From: an uncultured Oligoflexia bacterium | GTDB taxonomy: Bacteria; Bdellovibrionota; Bacteriovoracia; Bacteriovoracales; Bacteriovoracaceae | Assembly (NCBI GenBank): GCA_937898585.1 | Contig: CALDHR010000269.1 | Span: forward strand, 1-46,002 | Length of the DNA stretch: 46,002 bases | Direction of reading: 5' to 3' | In this document: positions 6,952-15,642 of the stretch, in pieces | Layout: each line of letters begins with the position of its first letter | Numbering within the stretch: the stretch's first letter is position 1 | Translations under genes and position numbers: made by a program | Notes under the pieces: model-generated | Told to the model about the DNA's origin: nothing | Databases searched by the model: none | What the model saw: the letters and a program-made list of their open reading frames with translations, nothing else

Positions 6952-8624
6952 TATTTTACCTCTTCACAACAACGTGGTTCTCTATTCCAAAAATAATAAT
7001 TATTAAAAGGAGCATTAGAGTTTCTTGTTTCAATGACAACGGCCGGTCTTTTATAATTCTCCCCTCTCAACATAAGAGGAGGAATTGGTTTTCCCACTTC
7101 AACAGGTAAATCGAGATCTTCCGGAAAATCACTATCTACATCAAAGTTAATCTTTTTTTCATTTACATAACGCTTTTGAAATCCATCACCCAAAAACCAT
7201 TCAAAAAGAAAATTGTGAATCAAAATTTCAAATTGGTCTTGCTTGTAAGGATTGTCATATCGTTTTTTTGAGGCCCATTTTTCATAAACATTTTTTAATT
7301 TTGGCCAAAAGATCTCTTCAAAATAAGGCCCTTTAAAATCAACCTCTAAAAACTCTCTGACTTTCACATCAAACAGTTCTTTTTCGCTGGAGGTTAAACC
7401 AAAGCGAGAGAGATCACTTACTGCCGTCTTAAGCAATTGCTCGATGCTATTTTTTCGCATCGGCTGCCCCGCATGGGCAAACATGGTTCGAGCAAAAGAT
7501 TGATAAAGAGAATAAGTGAAAATTCCTTTTACTTTATGGCGATGATCAACTTGAAAATCATCTCCATAAAAAAGGCGTTTTACTGTCTCCCAGGCCAGAC
7601 GATAAAGAGTATTGCCGTCATAATGTCCCTCTGCGCTCATGCTCTCAATCAAATAAGGGGCCGTAAAAAACTGATCATAGAAGACAGAAACATTTGATTG
7701 AATAATACAGTAAGTTGATCCTCTTCCTTTTGGAGAAAAAATCCACCCATTTTCAGAAAAGTCTTTTCGCTTCTTTTGTGCAAGAAAATCTCTTTCTTCT
7801 TTCGTCAAACCATCAAATCTTACAATTTTTTCAGTAGAAGACCAGCTCTCTAACCAAGACTCGATAGTTAAATCATGTGATTGACTTATATTTTTTTGAA
7901 TTTCTTCTTTCAAATTTTCATGAGAAATATTGATCTTATCTTCTACTATTTGAGGAATACTCATCATTACTTTTTTGACATTATTTAAATTCAGCACACG
8001 ACTATTTTCATCCCCAGGAAGAAGAGGAGGGGTAATAATTTCAATATAAGGTTTTGCTAAAAGTGAATAGCGCGACTCTAAAACAACATTTAAATCATAA
8101 AAATACTCGTCGGCCTCTTCAATATAACGTCCTTCTTTGCTGATAAAAATATCGCGACCATAAGTATTGTAATAATCTTCATTATCTCCTCCACGATAAA
8201 ATAAACCTTTAAGATAAATATTATCATCGGGAAGATCTAAGTTTAAACGAACTGGCCAACACTCTAGTTCAAATCCAATATATTGGTGTTTACCTTCAAA
8301 ATAATTATCCAGAGATTCTGTTGGTTTATGGCGATGAAAAGCATAAGAATAAAAAGAAGAAGAGTGATGCTTCATCAGTGAGTAAATTTGCTCTCTCTCC
8401 AACGAAGAGTTTTCTAGTTCAATTCTTATTTGACGAGGAAGATAGCGAAACATTTTCTCTTCGTAAGAAAAATCCTCATTGCCTTCAATAGAAGAAACAA
8501 GATCCTTCATCTCCTCAAGGGATAATCCTTTCAAATAAGGAGACTCACTCATCTCTAAATAAAAGGCCTTAGAATTTAAGAAAAAAAGAAAAGAAAAGAT
8601 AAAAAAAAGAATTTTTTGCTTCAT
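6951..8624 (-). CDS. Secreted protein of unknown function (557 aa from the chosen start)
   Basis: I chose the internal ATG at 8624 (MKQKILFFIFSFLFFLNSKA signal peptide, GGGGGGA RBS upstream). This also removes the overlap with the FAH gene. The track start at 8702 adds 26 non-signal residues. Confidence 0.65.
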   Translation of the reverse strand: MKQKILFFIFSFLFFLNSKAFYLEMSESPYLKGLSLEEMKDLVSSIEGNEDFSYEEKMFRYLPRQIRIELENSSLEREQIYSLMKHHSSSFYSYAFHRHKPTESLDNYFEGKHQYIGFELECWPVRLNLDLPDDNIYLKGLFYRGGDNEDYYNTYGRDIFISKEGRYIEEADEYFYDLNVVLESRYSLLAKPYIEIITPPLLPGDENSRVLNLNNVKKVMMSIPQIVEDKINISHENLKEEIQKNISQSHDLTIESWLESWSSTEKIVRFDGLTKEERDFLAQKKRKDFSENGWIFSPKGRGSTYCIIQSNVSVFYDQFFTAPYLIESMSAEGHYDGNTLYRLAWETVKRLFYGDDFQVDHRHKVKGIFTYSLYQSFARTMFAHAGQPMRKNSIEQLLKTAVSDLSRFGLTSSEKELFDVKVREFLEVDFKGPYFEEIFWPKLKNVYEKWASKKRYDNPYKQDQFEILIHNFLFEWFLGDGFQKRYVNEKKINFDVDSDFPEDLDLPVEVGKPIPPLMLRGENYKRPAVVIETRNSNAPFNNYYFWNREPRCCEEVK

Positions 8625-8662
8625 GACAATCCCCCCAGATATAACAGGGGAAAAATAACCTA

Positions 8663-9286
8663 CTACAAAATAAAAAGATTCCTTTTTTCTTCTCCCCAGC
8701 ACAATCTAAGCTCATCTTTCTTTTTAAGTGGCCCAACACCGCTAGGTGTTCCGGTAAAAATTAGATCACCTGGAAAAAGATCCATGGCCTCTGTTGCAGA
8801 TTTTAACAATTGTTCAACGCTGAAAATCATCTCTTTTATAGTTGCTTTTTGCTTAAGCTCATTTTTGATATAAAGCTCAAAGGGAATTTTTTTCATATCA
8901 GTTATTTTCTGCCCATGAAATAAGGGAAAAAAAAGAGCACTCCCCTTAAAGGCCTTACTCATCGCCCAAGGATGACGGTTTTCCTTTAATTTTTTTTGCA
9001 GCTCTCGCCTCGTTAGATCTAATCCTAATCCAATGCGACCCATTAAGGCCAAAGGGTTAACTCCTTGCTCAAAAGTATCTTTATTTATTGTCATGGCCAC
9101 TTCAAGGACAACTTCTAGCTCATAATGAATCTCTCCTTCTTTAAAGGAGCTTAAATCAATGGATTCGGGATTCATCAACAAAGAGGAAGGGGGTTTTAGA
9201 AAAAAAATTGGACTTTCAGGTGCTTTTTCCTTCATTTCATCGGCATGCATAGTGTAATTTTTGGCCACACAGAGTATCTTATCCAT
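8663..9286 (-). CDS. Fumarylacetoacetate hydrolase (FAH) family protein (YcgM-like)
   Basis: KILCVAKNY..H..E........PIFFLKPPSSL, HYELEVVLEV, and C-terminal MIFSVEQLL...LFPGDLIFTGTPSGVGPL are typical FAH-family blocks. GAGGGA RBS. Confidence 0.85.
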   Translation of the reverse strand: MDKILCVAKNYTMHADEMKEKAPESPIFFLKPPSSLLMNPESIDLSSFKEGEIHYELEVVLEVAMTINKDTFEQGVNPLALMGRIGLGLDLTRRELQKKLKENRHPWAMSKAFKGSALFFPLFHGQKITDMKKIPFELYIKNELKQKATIKEMIFSVEQLLKSATEAMDLFPGDLIFTGTPSGVGPLKKKDELRLCWGEEKRNLFIL

Positions 9287-9320
9287 CTATTGTTCTCCCT
9301 CATTTAAGGACCTCAGAAAA

Positions 9321-10160
9321 ATGAACCAACTTAAAACAACATGCCCTCAGTGCGGCCATGAATTTGCCATTGATCTTAAACCTCATATCCATGAGAAAAA
9401 TGATACCAAGCAATTGACGAAGCAAATAGAGGAAAAATTTGAACTGGCCCTTCGCGAAAGAGAAAAAAAATTGCAAGAAATGAAGAAAGAAATTGATTCG
9501 TTGCAAAAAAAAACAACTTCCCTCTCTCCTCATCTTATCGGCGATGTCTTTCAAGATAAGATTGAAGATCTTCTCAAGAAAAATTTTCCCCACGATGAAA
9601 TTACTCCCATAAAGCGAGGCGCTAAGGGGGGAGATATTGTTCAAAAAATTCATTCCACAAAACTCTCTCTTCTTTGGGAAGTTAAGCGCACGCAAAATTG
9701 GTCTAATGGGTGGATTCAAAAGCTCAAAGAAGATCAACTTGAAGGAAAGCATCAACTGGGAATTATTGTCACTCACACGATGCCACCTCAAGTAAAAGAT
9801 AATTTTCTCTTCCAAGATGATATCTGGGTTGTCTCACCGTCTCAGGCGATGCTTTTGGCCTCTCTTCTTAGAGAGCAGCTTTTGCTTCTTTCCAAAAAAG
9901 AGAAACCTCTGCAAGAAAACAATCAAACTCCTTATCAAAATTTTTTCCGCAGCAAAAAATTTCATTTTCTAGTGAGCACTATTTTAAAAAACTTTATTGC
10001 TATGCAGCAAGACCTGGAAAAAGAAAAGCGCGCCATGCATAAAATATGGAGTGAACGTCAAAATCGACTAGAAAAAATCATTCAATCAAGCAGCGAAATA
10101 GTCGGTCTCTATCAAACAGAAACTTCTGAGACATTTTTACTTGAAGATCTACAACTCTAA
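9321..10160 (+). CDS. DUF2130-family protein (Zn-ribbon-like N-terminus, coiled coil, PD-(D/E)xK-like core)
   Basis: MNQLKTTCPQCGHEF, then a coiled coil. Next FPHDEITPIKRGAKGGDIVQKI...LLWEVKRTQNWSNGWIQKLKEDQ...IIVTHTMP, which matches my memory of the DUF2130 core. The start at 9321 avoids overlap with the divergent FAH gene. Confidence 0.72.
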   Translation: MNQLKTTCPQCGHEFAIDLKPHIHEKNDTKQLTKQIEEKFELALREREKKLQEMKKEIDSLQKKTTSLSPHLIGDVFQDKIEDLLKKNFPHDEITPIKRGAKGGDIVQKIHSTKLSLLWEVKRTQNWSNGWIQKLKEDQLEGKHQLGIIVTHTMPPQVKDNFLFQDDIWVVSPSQAMLLASLLREQLLLLSKKEKPLQENNQTPYQNFFRSKKFHFLVSTILKNFIAMQQDLEKEKRAMHKIWSERQNRLEKIIQSSSEIVGLYQTETSETFLLEDLQL

Positions 10161-10170
10161 AAAAACCCTG

Positions 10171-10179
10171 TGCTATACT
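10171..10179 (+). promoter_or_regulatory. Candidate extended -10 promoter element (TGcTATACT) for the mini-lipoprotein gene
   Basis: TG at 10171-10172 and TATACT at 10174-10179, 44 nt upstream of the ATG at 10223. The -35 is poor. Confidence 0.3.
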
Positions 10180-10222
10180 GATCTTTCAATACTAATCGTT
10201 TTTTTTCACTTAGGAGGAAACA

Positions 10223-10417
10223 ATGAAAAACTTACTTATGGGCGCTCTTCTCGCTCTCTCACTTTCTTCATGCTCAACAACACAAGAAGGTGGATCCTGC
10301 AAATCTAAAGAAGAAAAATCTTGCTGCTGCAAAAAGAAATGTGGTTGCAGTGATAAGAAAAACTGTGGCTGCAAAGACAAAAAAGGTCAATGCGACTTGA
10401 AAAAAAGAAAAAAATAG
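10223..10417 (+). CDS. Cys/Lys-rich mini-lipoprotein (64 aa), metallothionein-like composition
   Basis: Strong RBS TAGGAGGAAACA-ATG. Canonical lipobox LSLSSC. The mature 48 aa contain 10 Cys in CCC and CGC motifs (SCCCKKKCGCSDKKNCGCKDKKGQC). Confidence 0.7.
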   Translation: MKNLLMGALLALSLSSCSTTQEGGSCKSKEEKSCCCKKKCGCSDKKNCGCKDKKGQCDLKKRKK

Positions 10418-10427
10418 ATCTAACAAT

Positions 10428-11030
10428 CTATAAAGATTTCAAAAAAAGAGCGGTGGTTTTCTTTAAGCGAGAAATCACCGTTTCTTCATCATACATAACT
10501 TCTTTCGCACATATAGGAGATGCTAGAATAATACTCTGATGGACAATAATGGAAAAAAGCGATTGCACCACCCATTGTAATTCCTCAAGAGATAGTTTTT
10601 TCCCTACTGATTTTTGAATCACTTCCGCCATAAGATCTCCCCCTGGCGGCCCATAAATATTATTACTAAGTCCATAATTTTCTAAGCGAACAATTTCTTC
10701 AGAAAGAAGCATCCTAAAATTATTGCGCAAACTCACTTTATCGCGAAGAAGAAGGCGAAAGATTTCTGCAAAAAACTCTTCTGCATTATCCTGCGTCTCC
10801 TTGTCAATATTGAGAATGTCATGCTCTAAGATAGAACACCCTTTTTTTAAGACTTCAAAAAGAAGGTTTTCTTTACTCTTAAAATGATAATTAACCGAAG
10901 CTACGTTAACATCGGCCTTTTTTGAAATATCCCGCACAGATGTCGCACTGTGCCCCTTTTGAGAAAAAAGATAAGTGGCCACTTCAAGAATTTTTTCCTT
11001 CGTGGATAAATTAACTAGTTGCTCTTCCAT
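10428..11030 (-). CDS. TetR/AcrR-family transcriptional regulator
   Basis: MEEQLVNLSTKEKILEVATYLFSQKGHSATSVRDISKKADVNVASVNYHFKSKENLL is the canonical TetR N-terminal HTH. The internal ATG at 11030 overlaps the RND 3' end by 20 nt. Confidence 0.85.
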   Translation of the reverse strand: MEEQLVNLSTKEKILEVATYLFSQKGHSATSVRDISKKADVNVASVNYHFKSKENLLFEVLKKGCSILEHDILNIDKETQDNAEEFFAEIFRLLLRDKVSLRNNFRMLLSEEIVRLENYGLSNNIYGPPGGDLMAEVIQKSVGKKLSLEELQWVVQSLFSIIVHQSIILASPICAKEVMYDEETVISRLKKTTALFLKSL

Positions 11031-14000
11031 TGGTAAATCTCCGCAAAATTTTATTTTGCAGCATAACAAAATCTTCTAAAATAGCATAGGCACATGGAAT
11101 CCAGATAAGAGTAAAGATCGTACCTGATGTTAGTCCCCAGGCCATAGCGAGTGTCATAGGAATAAGCATAGCGTCAGTTCCTCCTATTCCATAGGCCGTA
11201 GGAAACAATCCGCTGATAGTGGTAAGAGAAGTTACAACAACGGCCCTTAAACGCAAGGCCGATGCTTTGGCGAGAATTTCATCAAGCGATAAATTATCCT
11301 CACTTCGCATTTCGTCAATAAAACTAATAAGCACAATGCCCGAGTTTACAATAATTCCCGCAAGTCCAATGATCCCAATCATGGCCAAAAAACTCACCGG
11401 CCGATTATGAAAAAAGAAGGCGATACTCATACCAAAGAGGCCAAGAGGAATAGTGGACATAATAATGAGAGGCCGAATGTAAGAACGAAATAAAAAAACG
11501 AGAACGGCAAAAATACCAAGTAGGGCCAGAACCATGGCATCTTTTAAGCTAGACATGGATTCCTTAGTGCTTTCTTGCTCTCCTCCAAAAGTAAGAGTGA
11601 CTTGCGGAAACTCTTTACTGACTTCTTCGGCAAAGTAGTTCAGCACTTCCTTGCTGGCCGTCACTGATGTTGTAAGTTCTTCATTGATATCGGCGGTAAT
11701 CGTTTTAGAGCGTTGAAAATCAAATCGCTTAATAAGGGGAGTCCCTTCTCCTTTGTAAAGATTGGCCAAGGAAATGAGAGGAATAAGATTTCCTCGCTGA
11801 TCACTCACCATTAGTTTCTTTAAGTCATCAACGTTTCGCCTGTCTTTTTCGGCCAAACGAAGTTTTAGATCAAATTTTTTATTATCTAAATTAATCTTAG
11901 CAATATTCATTCCTTCATGAGCGGCCTTTACAGCATTTCCCACTTGAGAGACCGAAAGGTTAAGACGCGAGAGTTTTTCAAAATCTAAATCGATCTTTAC
12001 TTCATCTTCACCAAAAATTTCATCAACGCTGGGAAGAACAACTCCTTTGACTGTTTTCAAAAACCCCAATAATTTATTCTTCGCCCCATTGAGTTGATCT
12101 GAAGATTGTGAGCGCAAAGTGAAATTAACAGGTTTTCCTACAGGAGGTCCATTGACTTGAGATTCAAAAGAAAGCACTTCCAATTTGTCATTTTTAATTT
12201 CCCGAAGCTTCTTTAAGACTTCATAGTACTTTAAATTAAAAGAGGCCTCTTTGGTCATGTAGATGACAATCATCCCTGCATAATCACCTGTCTTGCTTTG
12301 AGGATCATTGGGCCCTATTTGCTGAACACCAGAACGAACCACAATATTTTCAACATCACTACCTAAAACTTCTTTGATTTGCTTAGTGACTTCTTGTCCT
12401 ATCCTAGAAGTCTCTTCAACGGGAGTTCCTCTTTTTGTTTCAAAGCGAGAAATATAAATCTCTGTTTGCTCTGCGGGAAAGAGAATAAACTTATTGAGGG
12501 CCACTAAAAAGAAAAGTGAAACAAAAATAACCCCACCAAAAATAACTCCTACAAGATAGCGTCGTTTAACGGCCACATACATAAAGGCTTCAAATTTATC
12601 CGTTACTTTATGGAACCAATCTTTTTTATGCTCTTCATGATTTACCTGAACTTTCATTCCCTTCCCCGTTAAATGAAGACGAACGGGAAGCAAGAAGAAA
12701 CTCTCAATCAAGCTGGCCAAAAGAGAAATAGAGACAATAATGGGAATGTATTTAATAAATTGCCCCATCACTCCCTTTGTTACGAGCATGGGGATAAAAG
12801 CCGCTACTGTTGTAAAAACAGTACAGGTTATGGGGAGCCAAAATTGATCTGCTGATTTAATGGCCGCTTCTCGAGAGTCGAGTCCTTCGAGGCGAAGACG
12901 GGTGTAGTTTTCAGCAATAACCACAGAGTTATCCACTAGCATCCCTAGGGCAATAATCAAGGCCAATACAGTGATGGCATTAATATTGTAGTCCATGTAC
13001 ATCATAAAACCGAGCGTGATCATCATAGAGATAGGAAGAGAAAGGCTGCTGACAATTCCAATTCTTCCCGGCAAAAAAATGAGCAAAAAAATCACTACTA
13101 GCGCTAGGCCAGAAAGGGCATTAGAAGTGAGAACATCCATTCTGTTACTCACTTTTTTCGACTCATTATTGTAAATAGTAATACTGAGTCCCTCAGGAAG
13201 AGCAATTTGCTTTAATTGAGATTCTACTTTTTCCACGAGCTTAATGGTATCTTCACCCGCTTTCTTTGTTAAAACGAGCAAAGTTGCTTCTTCACCATTG
13301 ACAGAAGTGAGAACCGTCTCTTCTTCCATGTAATCTTCAACAGCAGCTATATCTTTTAGCTGGATTTTTTGACCTGTAAAATTTGAACGAACATAGACAT
13401 CTTTTAATTCTTCAATACTGGTAACAAGACCATCTAACTTGAGCAATAGTTTCTCATCACCACTTTTTAAATTCCCCGAAGGGATATTGAGATTTCTTGC
13501 TTGCAAGGCGGCCACCACTTCATTGATGCCAATATTGTAGAATTCTAATTTTTCACGATGAAGAAAGACAGAAAACTCTCTTTCGCGAAAGCCTGTTAAG
13601 CGAGCACCCAATACCATTTTATTGTCTTCTAAAAGATCTTTAAGGTAATTGACAAATTTATCTCTTTTTCTTCCCTCATTATCCCCTATAACAGCAAGCT
13701 CGATGGCCGGAAATTCTTCTGAGTTAATTTCTGTAAACTTAGGTCTCTCTCTTAAATCTCGCGGCAAATCAGTGACTCGTGTGATGGCCTTTTGCAGATC
13801 ATCCATCACTTCATCTACATCAAAATTATCCATATCAACACGAATACTTATTGTACTCAATCCTGACTGAGAAACAGATCTTACATCTTTGAGACCGCGC
13901 ACAGTTCTAATTTCGTCTTCTACTGGTCGAGTTATTTGAGTTTCTATCTCTTCGGCCGAAGCACCTCGATAGGAAGTGATAACTGTCGCTGCAGCAAAAT

Positions 14001-14124
14001 TGACAGCGGGGTAAGATTCGGCCTTAATTTTAAGTAGTGCTTGAAGGCCAATCACAAAGCACATGAGCATCAAAATAATAGAAAACTTGTAGTTATCGAT
14101 AAAAAAAGCAATTAATTTTTTCAT
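11011..14124 (-). CDS. RND efflux transporter permease (AcrB/AcrD/AcrF family)
   Basis: 1037 aa. The N-terminus MKKLIAFFIDNYKFSIILMLM...ESYPAVNFAAATVITSYRGASAEEIETQITRPVEDEI is typical of ACR_tran, with 12-TM architecture and two large periplasmic loops. Confidence 0.93.
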   Translation of the reverse strand: MKKLIAFFIDNYKFSIILMLMCFVIGLQALLKIKAESYPAVNFAAATVITSYRGASAEEIETQITRPVEDEIRTVRGLKDVRSVSQSGLSTISIRVDMDNFDVDEVMDDLQKAITRVTDLPRDLRERPKFTEINSEEFPAIELAVIGDNEGRKRDKFVNYLKDLLEDNKMVLGARLTGFREREFSVFLHREKLEFYNIGINEVVAALQARNLNIPSGNLKSGDEKLLLKLDGLVTSIEELKDVYVRSNFTGQKIQLKDIAAVEDYMEEETVLTSVNGEEATLLVLTKKAGEDTIKLVEKVESQLKQIALPEGLSITIYNNESKKVSNRMDVLTSNALSGLALVVIFLLIFLPGRIGIVSSLSLPISMMITLGFMMYMDYNINAITVLALIIALGMLVDNSVVIAENYTRLRLEGLDSREAAIKSADQFWLPITCTVFTTVAAFIPMLVTKGVMGQFIKYIPIIVSISLLASLIESFFLLPVRLHLTGKGMKVQVNHEEHKKDWFHKVTDKFEAFMYVAVKRRYLVGVIFGGVIFVSLFFLVALNKFILFPAEQTEIYISRFETKRGTPVEETSRIGQEVTKQIKEVLGSDVENIVVRSGVQQIGPNDPQSKTGDYAGMIVIYMTKEASFNLKYYEVLKKLREIKNDKLEVLSFESQVNGPPVGKPVNFTLRSQSSDQLNGAKNKLLGFLKTVKGVVLPSVDEIFGEDEVKIDLDFEKLSRLNLSVSQVGNAVKAAHEGMNIAKINLDNKKFDLKLRLAEKDRRNVDDLKKLMVSDQRGNLIPLISLANLYKGEGTPLIKRFDFQRSKTITADINEELTTSVTASKEVLNYFAEEVSKEFPQVTLTFGGEQESTKESMSSLKDAMVLALLGIFAVLVFLFRSYIRPLIIMSTIPLGLFGMSIAFFFHNRPVSFLAMIGIIGLAGIIVNSGIVLISFIDEMRSEDNLSLDEILAKASALRLRAVVVTSLTTISGLFPTAYGIGGTDAMLIPMTLAMAWGLTSGTIFTLIWIPCAYAILEDFVMLQNKILRRFTNGRATS

Positions 14125-14126
14125 TA

Positions 14127-15578
14127 TTAAATCCGATTAAAAGAGCATTTTGTTCCATCAAACACTGTGAGATATTTTAAAATGACACCGATAACAGTGC
14201 TTTTTGTATTGATGAGATTCAGTTCACCATTTAAAAAAGAGTCTTGATCCATCATCAATTCTCCTACGGTAATCCTTCCCTGCTTAAATTTTTTCTGCAT
14301 CTCAGAGACACGCAACTCTAAATTCTTACTCCCTCGCTGCTGTCCTGAAAGGGCCCGAATTAAAAGAACGTGGGCCTTTTGAGTAAATTCATGCATCATT
14401 ACAAGATCTGATTTTATTCTCGTCACTTTAGCGTGCGTTGATAGTTTATCAGCGGCCACATCATCTCCAACAGTATTTCTTCTTCCCAGAGGAATATTCA
14501 CAAAAACGCCTGCTTGGTAACCACCGTAATCTCGTTTAAAATGATCATCATAAGATTTTGCAAAAGTGTCTTGCGTGTTTTTACTGCTACCCTGCAACTG
14601 TAAGGAAATATCAGGCATGGCATAACTTTTAAGAAGATATTGATTTTGCTTTGAAAGATTCTCTACATTTAAGGCAATAAGATTCCAAGTAGATGAATTT
14701 TGCTCGGGAGTTTCTTGAGCGCTGATGATTTTCAAACAAGTTAAAACTTCTTGTTCTGTTTGAGCAATACCAATTCCGGCAACATCGAGATCATCATCTG
14801 TTAAGAAAGGAAGATTTTTTTTTATTTCATTAACTAAATTCTCTCTCTCATAGAGAAGAAAATTCACCGTACTCTCTCGCATGGCCGTTTGTGCTCCATA
14901 ACGAGCAAGTTCTCCTAAGTCGGCCACAGAGTTCTTGTGGCGAAGTCTTGCATCAGCTTCTTGCTCTTTGGCCAATTCAAACTGTTTTGTGGCAATATTG
15001 ATGGCGTGTTCTTTGGCCACAAGGTTCCAATAGATCCCTCTCATCTGATTAATAAATGATCGTTTTTCGAGAACGCTTTCATCTTTAGCGATTTCTTTTG
15101 AAAGACGGTAGAACTCACTTTTAGATTCATCAAAGCGGCCTAGAAAATTTTTCCATAAATCAATTTCAATGGCCACTTTTCCTATTGTCGTTGTTCGCGA
15201 GTGCTCTCCTCCAGCGGATTCATAGTGCTTTTTTTGGGCCTCTACCATGGCCGATAAACTTGTCCCAAGACCTAACTTTTTTTGCATCCCCACATTAAAA
15301 GAACTTGTTTCATCATAGACGGGCTGCGAAGTAATAAAAGAATTTTCTCCTGTTTTACCCGTCATAAGAGAAGAATTAAGAGTTGTGTTGTAGCTATCTT
15401 GCCATCGCTTTTCGCTGGCCGAACTTCTCATCTCACTGCTGCTCAAAGAGTTTAAAACAGGAATTTCTGCTTCATGCTCATGAATAAGAGACAGCAATTT
15501 TTCTTCACTTATGGCGTGAAGAAAAAAAAAAGAGGGGATGAGATTCATGAGAAAACAAAGAGAAAGAAGATGGTTCAT
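14127..15578 (-). CDS. TolC-like outer-membrane efflux protein
   Basis: 483 aa, ending 2 nt before the RND ATG. Two internally similar halves carry TolC-style helical repeats (..RLRHKNSVADLGELARYGAQ.. and ..KFKQGRITVGELMMDQDSFLNGEL..). Confidence 0.7.
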   Translation of the reverse strand: MNHLLSLCFLMNLIPSFFFLHAISEEKLLSLIHEHEAEIPVLNSLSSSEMRSSASEKRWQDSYNTTLNSSLMTGKTGENSFITSQPVYDETSSFNVGMQKKLGLGTSLSAMVEAQKKHYESAGGEHSRTTTIGKVAIEIDLWKNFLGRFDESKSEFYRLSKEIAKDESVLEKRSFINQMRGIYWNLVAKEHAINIATKQFELAKEQEADARLRHKNSVADLGELARYGAQTAMRESTVNFLLYERENLVNEIKKNLPFLTDDDLDVAGIGIAQTEQEVLTCLKIISAQETPEQNSSTWNLIALNVENLSKQNQYLLKSYAMPDISLQLQGSSKNTQDTFAKSYDDHFKRDYGGYQAGVFVNIPLGRRNTVGDDVAADKLSTHAKVTRIKSDLVMMHEFTQKAHVLLIRALSGQQRGSKNLELRVSEMQKKFKQGRITVGELMMDQDSFLNGELNLINTKSTVIGVILKYLTVFDGTKCSFNRI

Positions 15579-15642
15579 AAGGATGACTTTTTATTTTTTT
15601 CAAACAACTGTTTAATCGTTCAAAAAGAATTATTTATCATCC

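Noticed and set aside
8019-8279. Amidoligase/GCS2-like short motifs (IGFELECWPV ... YIEIITPPL) in the 557-aa secreted protein
   Set aside because: Only two short strand-like motifs resemble G.E.E and E..SP.L. The expected downstream His-rich block is missing and the spacing is wrong. This is not enough to call a family without a profile search.
8625-8702. Upstream extensions of track ORFs (8702, 9261, 11069, 2063, 25416, 28272, 30847)
   Set aside because: The extended N-termini lack RBS support, precede obvious signal peptides or conserved N-termini, and create gene overlaps. Internal starts with SD motifs were preferred, but they remain predictions.
9300-9815. 171-aa minus-strand ORF antisense to the DUF2130 gene
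   Set aside because: It lies entirely within a better-supported gene and has Phe/Leu/Lys/Ile-rich low-complexity composition, as expected for the mirror frame of AT-rich coding DNA. It has no RBS and no recognisable motif.
14100-14150. Possible hidden membrane-fusion-protein ORF between the TolC-like and RND genes
   Set aside because: The two genes are 2 nt apart. No alternative-frame ORF of useful length exists there in the six-frame track.
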